Positions 10,680-20,513 of a stretch of 64,000 bases of DNA are shown one piece after another (position 1 is the stretch's first letter; the number at the start of each line of letters is the position of its first letter). The notes beneath the pieces were generated by a model, which had not been told where the DNA came from, ran no database searches, and was given only the letters and a program-made list of their open reading frames with translations. The DNA is taken from the IMG/VR virus record IMGVR_UViG_3300028833_000053; one strand, given 5' to 3'. This DNA comes from a virus (lineage: Duplodnaviria; Caudoviricetes). A program made the translations under genes and the position numbers.

Positions 10680-12431
10680 TTATATTTCAATGTCCACAAT
10701 CTTGTCAAACTTCCCCTTGTCGTAGAATTCCTTGTAAAGGCGTTTTCTTTCGGTTCCGTGCCGCTTGGAGTATTTCATGGAATAGACGGAATCTATGACC
10801 TCGCACTGCTTGCCCTCCTTCAAGCGCAGAATTCTTCCAATTGACTGTATGGTTCTCGCCATGGACTTGCCGCCGACGAACAGAACCAGTTTTGACAGGG
10901 ACTTGATGTTGATTCCTGTTGAAAGGATTGCGGATTGTCCCACAAGGAGGCAACCCGAATTGTCCTCAACGTACTTTCTCACACGTTCGCGTTCCGCGAC
11001 TGGAATTGAGCCGTCAATGAACAACGGCGTTCTGTCAATCAACTTGCGCTCTTTCAACAAGTCAAGGTAGTTGAAGAGCCTTTCGCCCATTTCCGTTCTG
11101 TCAAACAAGATGATGGCGTTGTCTTCCGGCGTTGTTTCGTTGATGATGTAGTTCAACACAGGTTGGAACAACTTTTCGCAGTTGTCAACCATGTACTTCT
11201 GCTCCGCCCTGAATGGGTCTCCGCTTCCAACCAAGGACATTCCAGTTTCGTCAACGGAATTCACCTTGTAGATGGAATTGGGGTGGAAGAGCAGTTCCCT
11301 GTTTGACATGACATCCTTCACCTCTATGTTCAATCTTGTGATGTCGCAATGGGAAATGAAGCCCTGGTCTTGAAGTTCTGTAACTGACGTGTCAAACACC
11401 TTCGGTCCCGTCAACCCCACCATCTGGTAGAACTTGAACCCCTTTGGCAATGTACCGGACAACCCAACGCGCAACTTGGTTTCAATCAAGAAGTTCTCCA
11501 ATACGGAGAAACCCGCCGTTCCGTGGTTGAAGGTCTTGTGAGCCTCGTCCCCAATCACCATGTCAATCTTCCCAATCTCCGCTATGTGCTGGAGGCAGTA
11601 GGTTGAGTTTGCAATCACGATGTTTGCGGTCAGAAGGTTTGCCTTGTCCTTCTTCTTTGTCGCGCCCGAAAACCTGCACACCTCGCTGTCCTTGAAGCCG
11701 TACTCCAGCAAGTCCTTGTAGAACTGCTCCACCAACTGGATGTTGGGGACGTAAATCAACGTGCGGAAGGTTTCACCCTTGAAGAATTGCTGTTGCAGAG
11801 TGTATATGAGATTCGCTATGATGAAGGACTTGCCTGAACCCGTCGGGGATTGAATCAAGCACCTTCCATTCCCCTTGAGTATTATGGCGCGTATGGCATC
11901 TTCCTGGTATGGGCGCATGACGCGCACGTTGGGATCTTCGGGATCTTCCGCGCGGTCAAGGGAAATGTTGTCAACCTCGAAGTTGTCCTTGTCAATGTTC
12001 AACTCTGTCATCTTCTTGGCAAGTGGAACAAGGTACTCGTAGATGTAGGACTTCGCCCTTGGTCCGATTAGAACCATTTGGCTTGAAGCCATCTTCATGG
12101 GGTTCAACTCGAAGTCGTTCACGATGAAGTTCAATACCTCAAAGAGAAGCCCAGTGGGGAAATAGCCAAACGGTGATACCGCATATAGATACAACGGCTC
12201 CCTTCTTCCAGTGAAGAAACTGGACTGGTCAATCTCCCTGAAATGGCGAACAATCTTGTCAAGGTGTATGGCGTTGCGCACGTACATCCGGAACATCATC
12301 TGCTGGTTGTCAAATCCAACGTAGAACTTGAAGTTCGGGTTTGTGTACATCAAGTCGTCCATATCGTCCACGTATGGAAGATACTTGCGCTGGATTGTCT
12401 GAGATATGTTGTTATGTCCTGTTGTTGCCAT
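10680..12431 (-). CDS. uvsW: SF2 DNA helicase, UvsW-like
   Basis: RPYQ, SPTGSGKS (Walker A), DEAH, SGT, STGINI, QSIGRILR. Confidence 0.92.
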   Translation of the reverse strand: MATTGHNNISQTIQRKYLPYVDDMDDLMYTNPNFKFYVGFDNQQMMFRMYVRNAIHLDKIVRHFREIDQSSFFTGRREPLYLYAVSPFGYFPTGLLFEVLNFIVNDFELNPMKMASSQMVLIGPRAKSYIYEYLVPLAKKMTELNIDKDNFEVDNISLDRAEDPEDPNVRVMRPYQEDAIRAIILKGNGRCLIQSPTGSGKSFIIANLIYTLQQQFFKGETFRTLIYVPNIQLVEQFYKDLLEYGFKDSEVCRFSGATKKKDKANLLTANIVIANSTYCLQHIAEIGKIDMVIGDEAHKTFNHGTAGFSVLENFLIETKLRVGLSGTLPKGFKFYQMVGLTGPKVFDTSVTELQDQGFISHCDITRLNIEVKDVMSNRELLFHPNSIYKVNSVDETGMSLVGSGDPFRAEQKYMVDNCEKLFQPVLNYIINETTPEDNAIILFDRTEMGERLFNYLDLLKERKLIDRTPLFIDGSIPVAERERVRKYVEDNSGCLLVGQSAILSTGINIKSLSKLVLFVGGKSMARTIQSIGRILRLKEGKQCEVIDSVYSMKYSKRHGTERKRLYKEFYDKGKFDKIVDIEI

Positions 12432-12472
12432 TTATATTATTATACCACAAATGGGATATTTCATAAAGGATG

Positions 12473-13759
12473 TCATTTGTTCTTCTTTGCCTTGTCAACC
12501 AAGAAGAATATCTTGAACGTTATTTCACTTTTCCCTGAAATTGTATGGAATCCAACCGAAATGTTCTTGTCCGCCAAAAGTTTCAAGGTTTTGCATCCAA
12601 TGTCATACCAATTCCCCGAATAGGAAGATGGGCCCGGAATTTTGAGAAGTGGCGTTGTGAACAAGTCTCTGCTGTTTTTAGAAGTGTTCAATCCTATGAT
12701 AAGGTTGTATTGCTGTGGATAGTTGCAAAACGCCCAAGAGAACAAAACCCGGAACTTAAGAACGCGCTTCCACATACTGTCTTTTCCAGTGTCATCCATT
12801 CCAGAAATGTTCTTCAATATTTCATCCACATCGTCAATGCTCTTTGGCATTTTCGTTGGAATCCATTTCTTGAGGTCTTTTGGCGGAATTGGAATGTCAG
12901 TGAAGTTCGCTACGTCTTTTGTGTTCAGTCCGTTGAACATACCTTGGGGAAATTTGCCTGTTGGAAGACGGGCTGTTATTGAACCACTGTCACCCTTTAT
13001 TTCATATTTTCCACCCGACATGTCTATGTCACCTTCATCGGACGCAAGTTTGCAATCCTTGAAGAACAATGCCACCGCGATTTCACCTTTTCCTATGTCT
13101 GTTCCGTTTTTCTTGAAGTTGGACATTCCAGTTATTGCATCAAAGCAACGTATGATGGCTTCTGCAGTTGGTTTCTTCAACTTGTTGTAAAATGCCTGTC
13201 CCAATGTGCCTTCTGCTTCTTGCAGGATTTCATTGAGGGTAAGTTGGCTTTTTGGATTGCATATGTAATTGAAAAACGCCATGTAATCGTTGTTGTTTTC
13301 CGGGTTCTCGCTTATTTTGTCAAAAATTGCCTACACTTCAAGTTTTGGCTTAAGCCCTTCCGTTTTTTGATCAACTATCTAAATGAATTGGTTGAATTTT
13401 TTGTATCCGTTTTCTGCCTCACCGCCTATTTGCTGAAATACATTTTCCATACGTACAAGTTTTTCGTCAAGAAACTCCTCTTTTATTCCGAGCATTCTTC
13501 CAGTGCTTTTGGCATTTTTCTTGAATTGCTCCCAAGATTGAGACAATATATTGGAATTTCCAGTTGGGGCAGTTCCTTCACATATCAATCCCTGACCACG
13601 AAGGGCGTTGTCCCAGAACACACCTTCTTTTTCCAGATTTCTTGGTTTATCGTCCTTGTTTGGTTCAGGATGCGAACTTTCCGAATTCAAGTTCTTGAAA
13701 GTGTATTCCTTCTTTACAGGTGCATTGATGTCAACCCAGTGGTATTTGTCGAATCTCAT
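12473..13759 (-). CDS. Late protein with possible PD-(D/E)XK nuclease-like domain (428 aa with two TAG=Gln)
   Basis: Track ORFs 13379-13759 and 12473-13282 are in frame, separated only by TAGs at 13379-13381 and 13331-13333. Motif IGKGE...EGDID...YEIKG. TATTTAC at 13790-13796. Confidence 0.65.
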
Positions 13760-13839
13760 TGTATATTTCCTCTATACGTGTTCTTGAAGTATTTACTATT
13801 TACCAACTTGTCATAAAGGGGTATAATTCAGATAAGAAC

Positions 13840-14853
13840 ATGAAAGACTATTATAAGATATTGGGCGTTGAGAAGACTGCCACGGAAGATGAAATCAAGT
13901 CAGCTTACCGCAAGTTGGCTATGAAGTGGCATCCGGACCGCAATCCCGACAACGTTGAGGAGGCGAAGAACAAGTTTGCCGAAATCAACGAGGCTTATGA
14001 AACCCTTTCCAACCCCGAAAAGCGTCAACAATACGACAATCCCAGTCCGTTTGGGGGTGGTTTTGGCGATATGGGCGATGGCGAGATGCATCAATGGACT
14101 GACGAGAACGGAAACATGCACTTTGAGTTCCGTGGTTCTCCTGGGGGAATGGGTGGCTTTGGAAGTCCCTTCATGGGCGGTTTCGGTCCGATGGGGGGAA
14201 TGGGTGGCTTTGGTCCGTTTGGAAGAAGGATGCATAGAATGGACCCGAACGCCCCAAGACCTGGCGAGTCCATGATATTCAATTTGTCAGTTGGTTTCAT
14301 GGAAGCCATAAATGGCTGCTCAAAGAAAGTGAAGTTGAACATAGAGGACAACTGCACTTGCTTGAATGGCTGCGACAAATGCAATCACACGAAGAGAATC
14401 CAAAAGACCGTCACGTTGGAAGTGAAGATTCCAAGGGGTTGCCCAGATGGTCAGCGTTTGCGCATACCCGGCCAGGGCAATCGTGGATACAATGGCGGTC
14501 CCAACGGGGACATCTACTTTCAGATAGACATTGGCGAAGATCCAAATGGAGTTTTCATCCGCGATGGCTTTGACGTTATTCAGAAGGTTGACCTTCCCTT
14601 TGAGTTGTTTGTGCTGGGTGGTGACATAACGTACCATACTTTGACCGGGATAGAGACCTATCACGTTTCCCCAATGACAAACCCCGGCAAGGTTTTGGTT
14701 TTACGGGGCAAGGGTTCTCCGATAATGAATTCAATAAACTCCTATGGGGACTTGAAGGTATTGCTGAACCTTGTCATGCCAACTTCATTGACCGACAAGG
14801 AACGTGAGAAGTTGGAAGCGTACCGCGACGAACGCAAGAGAAATGGTAAATAA
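13840..14853 (+). CDS. dnaJ: DnaJ-family co-chaperone
   Basis: MKDYYKILGV...KWHPDRN J-domain, G/F-rich linker, C-terminal GQRLRIPGQG...GPNGD; zinc finger reduced. Start reassigned to ATG 13840. Confidence 0.93.
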   Translation: MKDYYKILGVEKTATEDEIKSAYRKLAMKWHPDRNPDNVEEAKNKFAEINEAYETLSNPEKRQQYDNPSPFGGGFGDMGDGEMHQWTDENGNMHFEFRGSPGGMGGFGSPFMGGFGPMGGMGGFGPFGRRMHRMDPNAPRPGESMIFNLSVGFMEAINGCSKKVKLNIEDNCTCLNGCDKCNHTKRIQKTVTLEVKIPRGCPDGQRLRIPGQGNRGYNGGPNGDIYFQIDIGEDPNGVFIRDGFDVIQKVDLPFELFVLGGDITYHTLTGIETYHVSPMTNPGKVLVLRGKGSPIMNSINSYGDLKVLLNLVMPTSLTDKEREKLEAYRDERKRNGK

Positions 14854-14874
14854 TTCTATACGAGGTAATTTACT

Positions 14875-15579
14875 ATGATGAAGTGGAAGAAACTGATAAA
14901 CGAGTCTGTTGACGAAAAGGCGTTCAAGAAACTGCTCAGGTAGAATGGCATCACAAAACTTCCATCTGGGATGAGTTCCCGTAGGGATGGCATGATGGAA
15001 TGGCGCAAGGAACGTGGCTATGCTGGGGAAAAGATCATTGACGCGATGCGCAAGCAGGCCGAAGATGCAGGATGGAAACGCCAGAAGGAAATGGATGATG
15101 CCCATCCAGATGGTTCGTGGGTGGCAAGGGGTGATGGATATATTTCACCTGATGGTCAGATTGAGATGACCTATTATTCGCATTATGGCGCAACTTCCTA
15201 TGAGAACAGTTTCTCCATCACGTTCAAGTTGGTTGGTAGCGTGAACGAATCCAGTAGGTTTGGATTTGACGTTGGCGATCAAGTTGAATTGACGAAGGAC
15301 AAGGTGAATTCATTGAGTGGGGACACCGTGAAGGCCGGCACGCAGGGCGAGATTGTGGCAATCAACAAGCCCATGCCCGGTGTCATCAAGGTGAAGATTG
15401 ATGGTGGCAAGGTGATTTCTGTTCCCGAACGTCAGTTGAAGAAGGCTGGCGAGGATGAAGAGCCTTGGAAGAAATTGAAGAAGCCTGAAGAGCCAAAACG
15501 CCATATTAGACCCGAACGCCCAGAGGACTACTACATGCGTCCAACGTCCTATGGTTCTCCAAGGTTTACGGGCGATTAA
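14875..15579 (+). CDS. Hypothetical late protein, probable internal head protein (TAG=Gln at codon 23)
   Basis: GTAAATA 14846-14852 and GAGGT RBS precede ATG 14875 (MMKWKKLINES...); TAG 14941-14943 is in frame with track ORF 14971-15579. Confidence 0.75.
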
Positions 15580-15588
15580 GGAGCGTGA

Positions 15589-16290
15589 ATGTTGAACATA
15601 GACAATTTGATTGAAGCCGGCGTCCAAACAACGTAGGACATGGAAAAAGCGAAGAAGGGGAAGAACAGAAACGCAAAGGAAATCCCCTTTGAGATTGACG
15701 GTCACACCTACCTTTTGGACTCACAGGAGGAATGGTGCATGTTCAACTGGATTAAGGAAATGAAGGAACGTGGACTGATCTTGGATTATGTCTACCAGCC
15801 GGAGCACTGGGAATTGACCCCAAGGTTCGAGTACACGCCATATCCAACGGTTGTGGATAAGAAGAAACGCCCCGTTGACGAGAAGTACGCGAATGTCCCA
15901 AAGCCATTCAAGACGAAGTTCTTGATGCATCCCCATATCTACACAGCTGACTTCACGTTGAAGTTTGACGCGAACAACCTGAAGTTGATGGAGTATTTGT
16001 CCCAAGCGTTCAAGTTGAGGTTGGACGATGTTTACGATGGGGTTCTGACTTTGGTGGTGGATGTGAAGGGAACGTTCATGAGCAATGACGGTGGACGTTC
16101 CTTCTCCATAAACCAGAAGTTGATGATGGCGGTTCACAACGTGTATGTCAACAAGTTTGTTCCGAAGGAGGCTTTCAAGAAGTTGGGCGTTCCAAAACGC
16201 TGCACAACCACCATGAAGTCCGGCAAGGCAAGCAAGGTGTTCAAGGGGATGAACTTCCTGGAGACCGTGTTGAAAGGATATGGACTATGA
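15589..16290 (+). CDS. PD-(D/E)XK endonuclease-like protein (DUF1064-like)
   Basis: DSQEE...YQP...YTADF...VDVKG. AAGGAG RBS before ATG 15589; TAG 15634-15636 read through. Alternative start at 15640. Confidence 0.65.
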
Positions 16291-17195
16291 TTCAATTGGG
16301 TAGTCATGCTATCCATTTGGGGGATTGCATTGAAGTTCTCCCAAAATATGATGTTCCCGTTGCTGACCTTGTTATAGCGGACCCGCCGTATTTCAAGGTG
16401 GTAGGGGAGAAATGGGATTATCAATGGCGCACGGAGGAAGATTACCTTGAATGGTCTAGGAAATGGTTGACAGAGATTTTCAACAAATTGCGCATTGGGG
16501 GTTCTTTCTATTTGTTCGGGTATTTCCGCATGTTGGCGTTGCTTCTTTCCATGTTGAAGGAAATTGGATTCACTTTGCGCCAGCAAATAGTCATTGACAA
16601 GGGAATGAAGGCCGTTGCTGGAAGGGCAACAAAAAACTATCGCATGTTTCCTTGCGTCACGGAGTCCGTGTTGTTCTTGACGAAAGACAACATAGCGTTT
16701 TCACGTCAGTTGTTGAAGGGCAGGCAAAAGGAACTTGGATTGTCCGCCAAGGAGATAAACGAGCGTTTGGGTGTGAAGTCCAATGGTGGTGGAATGTGGT
16801 CTATCTACACTGGCAAGAACGTTTGCGAACAATTCCCAACGAGGGAACTCTGGGAGAAGTTGCAGGAAATACTTGAATTCGATTATCCATACGAGGACAT
16901 ATCGCAAACTTTTCATCCACAAATGGGATTGACAGACGTTTGGACGGACATTGACTTCTATTCGGAGAAAAGGTGGCATCCAACTCAAAAACCCTTGAAG
17001 TTGGTTGAACGTATAATGTCGGCTTCATCAAATCCAGGTGACGTTGTGATTGATCCCTTTGGTGGTTCGGGCTCAACTTTGATTGCTGCGGAATGTCTCG
17101 GAAGGAAATCCGTTATCGTGGAAATGGACGAGAAATATGTCAATGCCATGACCGATAGGTTTACAAAAGGGAAAGAAACTGGTATAATAAGTTGA
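16287..17195 (+). CDS. DNA N6-adenine/N4-cytosine methyltransferase (beta class) with internal HTH-like insertion
   Basis: ADPPY, HPTQKP, DPFGGSGST. Confidence 0.92.
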   Translation: MIQLGSHAIHLGDCIEVLPKYDVPVADLVIADPPYFKVVGEKWDYQWRTEEDYLEWSRKWLTEIFNKLRIGGSFYLFGYFRMLALLLSMLKEIGFTLRQQIVIDKGMKAVAGRATKNYRMFPCVTESVLFLTKDNIAFSRQLLKGRQKELGLSAKEINERLGVKSNGGGMWSIYTGKNVCEQFPTRELWEKLQEILEFDYPYEDISQTFHPQMGLTDVWTDIDFYSEKRWHPTQKPLKLVERIMSASSNPGDVVIDPFGGSGSTLIAAECLGRKSVIVEMDEKYVNAMTDRFTKGKETGIIS

Positions 17196-17209
17196 AAGGA
17201 CACATCAAA

Positions 17210-17425
17210 ATGGCAAAGGAAAAATTACTGAAGGAAAAGGCCGTGAAAGCTTTCAAACGCGATGAAGGAACGCTTGAAAAGACCATTCTTATAAAGAGTG
17301 GTGAAGTGTTGAACATCCTTGACGAGGATTCCCAAACAAAGAAGATTATCGTTTCATTTGAGGATGGCGTAATCAAGGTTGTGCGCCAGCACAAGGAATT
17401 GCAGTATGCGTGGGTCAATGACTAA
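17210..17425 (+). CDS. Hypothetical protein, paralog of the C-terminal half of the next gene
   Basis: GEVLNIL...IIVSFEDGVIKVVRQHK...WVND; AAGGA RBS; TGGTATAAT upstream. Confidence 0.7.
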   Translation: MAKEKLLKEKAVKAFKRDEGTLEKTILIKSGEVLNILDEDSQTKKIIVSFEDGVIKVVRQHKELQYAWVND

Positions 17426-17445
17426 ATTTCAAAGTGGAATTCATT

Positions 17446-17757
17446 ATGGCAACTGACAAATCGTATTCTGAATTGAAGGATGATGCAAAGAAGATTCTCA
17501 CCAAATGGGCGCCGATTTTTGACAAGTGCGGGCACCTTGAGGAACTTGACGAGAAACTGTTTCTTGCAAATACCTTGGAGAATCTGAGGGTAAAGGCTAT
17601 GGGCGCAAATGGGGGTTCAACGGAATCCTATACCCTTCAGCCCAATGAGGTGTTGAACATCGTCAATACCACGGGAACTAACCGGCTTGTGCTTTCCTAT
17701 GACGAAAAGGGGTACTTCAATATCGTACATCAGCATAAGGATTGGATAAACGATTAA
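17446..17757 (+). CDS. Small protein with gp23-propeptide-like N-terminus
   Basis: KKILTKWAPIFDK...KLFLANTLENLR is 16/34 identical (ungapped) to the gp23 N-terminus in this window. Confidence 0.75.
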   Translation: MATDKSYSELKDDAKKILTKWAPIFDKCGHLEELDEKLFLANTLENLRVKAMGANGGSTESYTLQPNEVLNIVNTTGTNRLVLSYDEKGYFNIVHQHKDWIND

Positions 17758-17807
17758 ATCAATCGTTTTTGGCACTTTTGGTTGATAAAATATTCGGGCC
17801 AGGGGTA

Positions 17808-17836
17808 TTGACTTCCGGGCCCGTTTTTGGTATACT
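17808..17836 (+). promoter_or_regulatory. Sigma70-type early promoter
   Basis: TTGACT-17 nt-TATACT. Confidence 0.8.
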
Positions 17837-17869
17837 GTAGGTGTTCTGAGGAAAACAAGGAGTAAAGCC

Positions 17870-18022
17870 ATGATGAACTACAACTACATTGAAGCCAGCG
17901 ATGCCTATGACGCGGAGCGCGAGTACGCCGATTGGCTGCGCTACGTTGAGGATGAGGCTTACAACAAGGTCATCATCCCCGCTTACATGGCGGACCTTGA
18001 CGCCGAGGCCGAGACACTTTAA
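17870..18022 (+). CDS. 50-aa acidic early protein
   Basis: AAGGAG RBS; MMNYNYIEASDAYDAEREYADWLRYVEDEAYNKVIIPAYMADLDAEAETL; below the ORF-track cutoff. Confidence 0.75.
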   Translation: MMNYNYIEASDAYDAEREYADWLRYVEDEAYNKVIIPAYMADLDAEAETL

Positions 18023-18033
18023 GGAGGTTCAAG

Positions 18034-18228
18034 ATGAACGAGAAGGTTGCAAAGTACGAAGAGGCTCTCCGTGCAGCGGAGAGAAACATTGAGCAGGCTT
18101 GCCAAGCCATCTGCTCTCTGCGCGGTCCATTCCCCCACAGGGAATTGAACGACACCCTTGTAGTAATTTCGGAGTTGATTCGTGGTGCGTGGCGTTTCTA
18201 TGACAATCCCGAAGTTGAGGAGGCTTGA
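18034..18228 (+). CDS. Hypothetical early protein
   Basis: AAGGAGGT RBS, 64 aa. Confidence 0.75.
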   Translation: MNEKVAKYEEALRAAERNIEQACQAICSLRGPFPHRELNDTLVVISELIRGAWRFYDNPEVEEA

Positions 18229-18230
18229 AT

Positions 18231-18614
18231 ATGAAGATGGATATTGGAGAACTTCTGCTGAAGTTGGCAGACCCTTCCATTCCCCTTCGAGAGAAGAAGG
18301 ATGCCTTTCATGATTGGCGTTGCCTGGGGTACAATCCCGACGCCGTTCATGAGTTTTTCTCCGATTCCCTTTTCAGCCCTGAGAACACCAACTACCTTGA
18401 CGTGATGTTGAAAACGGACTATCGCAATTTCTATGAAATGGTGATGTCCCTTGACCTTGCGAACATCGACCCACGCGCATACTACATCTACTGGGTTTTG
18501 ACCTATGGCAACGATTCAATCAGTGAGAACTTCCTTAAGGAAGCCCTGGAGTATGACCCCGACACGATTTGTGCCATATTCCCCGACATCAAGGAAATCC
18601 TATTTACGGAGTGA
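18231..18614 (+). CDS. Hypothetical early protein
   Basis: GAGGAGG RBS before ATG 18231. Confidence 0.7.
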   Translation: MKMDIGELLLKLADPSIPLREKKDAFHDWRCLGYNPDAVHEFFSDSLFSPENTNYLDVMLKTDYRNFYEMVMSLDLANIDPRAYYIYWVLTYGNDSISENFLKEALEYDPDTICAIFPDIKEILFTE

Positions 18615-18619
18615 AAGCA

Positions 18620-18898
18620 ATGAATGGTTTTATAACAGTGGCAATCGCACATGACGCAACTTGCGAACCTGGCGAGGAATGGCTATTTCATGGAATGGCA
18701 AAGCCCTTTGATGTTCATGGCAGTCTGGAATCCCCCATTGACCCGAAGGACAAGGAGATTTTGGACAGGGACATGGAGGAATTGCGCTTGAGGGAAGCAA
18801 AGGAACAAGCCGATGCTGATTTCAACGCCTTTGGCTGCATAATGGCATTCGTGTTCGGGGCGTTCTTGGTTGGGGTTGCAATCTGGGCATTGACGTAA
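18620..18898 (+). CDS. Small C-terminally anchored membrane protein (paralog 1)
   Basis: MNGFITVAIAHDATCEPGEEW; C-terminal hydrophobic helix. Confidence 0.7.
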   Translation: MNGFITVAIAHDATCEPGEEWLFHGMAKPFDVHGSLESPIDPKDKEILDRDMEELRLREAKEQADADFNAFGCIMAFVFGAFLVGVAIWALT

Positions 18899-18910
18899 GG
18901 AGAATGACAA

Positions 18911-19108
18911 ATGAATGATTTTATAACTATTGCAATTGCGCATGATGCCACCTGCGAACCTGGCGAGGAATGGATTTTTCCCGGAATGTCGGGCTCAAAA
19001 GATGGTGGCTCCGGCTGGGAGCCTTCCAATGTTGGGTGTGGATGCTTGATGGCGTTCGTGGCAATTGTCATTTGCTTTGTAATTTGGGCTATATGGAGAC
19101 TGATATGA
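18911..19108 (+). CDS. Small C-terminally anchored membrane protein (paralog 2)
   Basis: MNDFITIAIAHDATCEPGEEW; C-terminal hydrophobic helix; AAGGAG RBS. Confidence 0.7.
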   Translation: MNDFITIAIAHDATCEPGEEWIFPGMSGSKDGGSGWEPSNVGCGCLMAFVAIVICFVIWAIWRLI

Positions 19109-19308
19109 TAAAGCGGTTCAACAACTACATTCTGAACAGCATGAAGGTTGCCATTGTTGGCTTTATATGGTATGGACTTTTCAAGTTTCCATGGAAATCA
19201 TTGGTGAACGCCCCGGTTGGTGGAAAGATTTTCGTTGGGGTTATGATGTGGGCAATCTGGAGTTTCATGGTGATGATTGTGTCAGGGGAGCTGGACAAGA
19301 ACAAGTAA
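19105..19308 (+). CDS. Small two-helix membrane protein
   Basis: ATGA overlap with the previous gene; two hydrophobic segments. Confidence 0.6.
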   Translation: MIKRFNNYILNSMKVAIVGFIWYGLFKFPWKSLVNAPVGGKIFVGVMMWAIWSFMVMIVSGELDKNK

Positions 19309-19333
19309 ATACAATTAAACGAGGAAATTGAAA

Positions 19334-19642
19334 ATGGACAGAGAATACACTATGCCCCGTGCAATTCAAAAGAAACTCCACGACATCTACGATGCCGAGA
19401 AGCATGGGGATTTGGCGGAGATTGCCTTGCTTGACGCAGCTTCGGAACTTGGGTATGAGGTGGAGGACGAGAACGATACTCCTTCCAAGGAGGAGAAGGG
19501 AACGGTCCTTCACAACGTGAAGTTGGTGAAGCGCGAACCTGGGAAGTATGGCGATGTCTGCCATGTTGGTTGGGCGCATTTCAACCACCCGGGACCCGAT
19601 TATGAGGACCGCCGGGGCGAGTGGTACATGTATTTCCTGTAA
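19334..19642 (+). CDS. Hypothetical late protein
   Basis: GTAAATA 19305-19311 and GAGG RBS upstream. Confidence 0.7.
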   Translation: MDREYTMPRAIQKKLHDIYDAEKHGDLAEIALLDAASELGYEVEDENDTPSKEEKGTVLHNVKLVKREPGKYGDVCHVGWAHFNHPGPDYEDRRGEWYMYFL

Positions 19643-19649
19643 ATTGGAT

Positions 19650-20111
19650 TTACAATTTGTGGATGAACGCCCTTGTTTGGCTCTTGCCGAACAGGCGTTC
19701 AATTTTTTCTGACATTACGTTCCAATCCCCTCCAGCAAGTCCACATCCAATCATGTATGGGAAGTGGATGTCAAGGGAGAAGTAAGTACCCAAGTCCTGC
19801 ACCTTGTTCAACATGATGTCCCAAGCCTCGTAGTCTGTTTGTTTTCCTATATGTGATGGAAATACTTGTCCAAAGCAGTTCGCCACAATAAGGTCGGGTT
19901 CAACCATAACGTCAAGCACATGTCCAAGCATCTTGTCTGGATGCGTCATGAACTGCTTGCAATCATCTTGATATTTCTTGTAGACCACCGGCCACTTGTT
20001 GCGTATTTGAAGTGCCAACCCTGCACCCATTGCGCCAATGCAGTTCACTTGATGGCATATTATCCCAGACTTCACGTCAAGAAGGTTGGAATGTTCTACA
20101 ATCTCTACCAT
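19650..20111 (-). CDS. Macrodomain (ADP-ribose processing) protein
   Basis: IICHQVNCIGAMGAGLALQIR and IGCGLAGGDW motifs. Confidence 0.9.
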   Translation of the reverse strand: MVEIVEHSNLLDVKSGIICHQVNCIGAMGAGLALQIRNKWPVVYKKYQDDCKQFMTHPDKMLGHVLDVMVEPDLIVANCFGQVFPSHIGKQTDYEAWDIMLNKVQDLGTYFSLDIHFPYMIGCGLAGGDWNVMSEKIERLFGKSQTRAFIHKL

Positions 20112-20114
20112 AAC

Positions 20115-20513
20115 TCAACGGCTGATTTCGTTCATTAGGATTGGGGCAAGTTCACCCATATAAGGAAGTGATCGTGCAGTGTTATATGAAGTCCAGTCTT
20201 CAGCTTCTTCATGTGTCATACCTTCCCTCATCAAGCATTCCTGGAATCTCTCAACGGAATAGATTATGTGGTTTCCGTCATAGGTGACGCCGATGATGGC
20301 ATCGGCGTACTGTTCCGGCGTGTCGCCAATGAATATCAAGTCCTCGTTGATGCTCTTCAATTCCTCCACGCATCTGGTTTTTTCCATTTGCTCCTGCTGT
20401 TGCAGAAGGGTTTTCGTTTCTTCCACAACGTCAATTCCCATTTCCTTCAATCCTTCTGGGTTTTCAACAACGGCGTGAATCTTTCCGTTGTCTGAGGTAA
20501 ATTCCATTTTCAT
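20115..20513 (-). CDS. Hypothetical phage protein
   Basis: 132-aa ORF, AAGGAG RBS, DAIIGV...GMTHEEAEDW.SYN. Confidence 0.75.
   Translation of the reverse strand: MKMEFTSDNGKIHAVVENPEGLKEMGIDVVEETKTLLQQQEQMEKTRCVEELKSINEDLIFIGDTPEQYADAIIGVTYDGNHIIYSVERFQECLMREGMTHEEAEDWTSYNTARSLPYMGELAPILMNEISR

Noticed and set aside
13759-13839. Upstream starts given in the ORF track for DnaJ (13759), DNA polymerase (28338) and 33869
   Set aside because: They run through promoter or terminator sequence; the downstream ATGs match domain starts or RBS.
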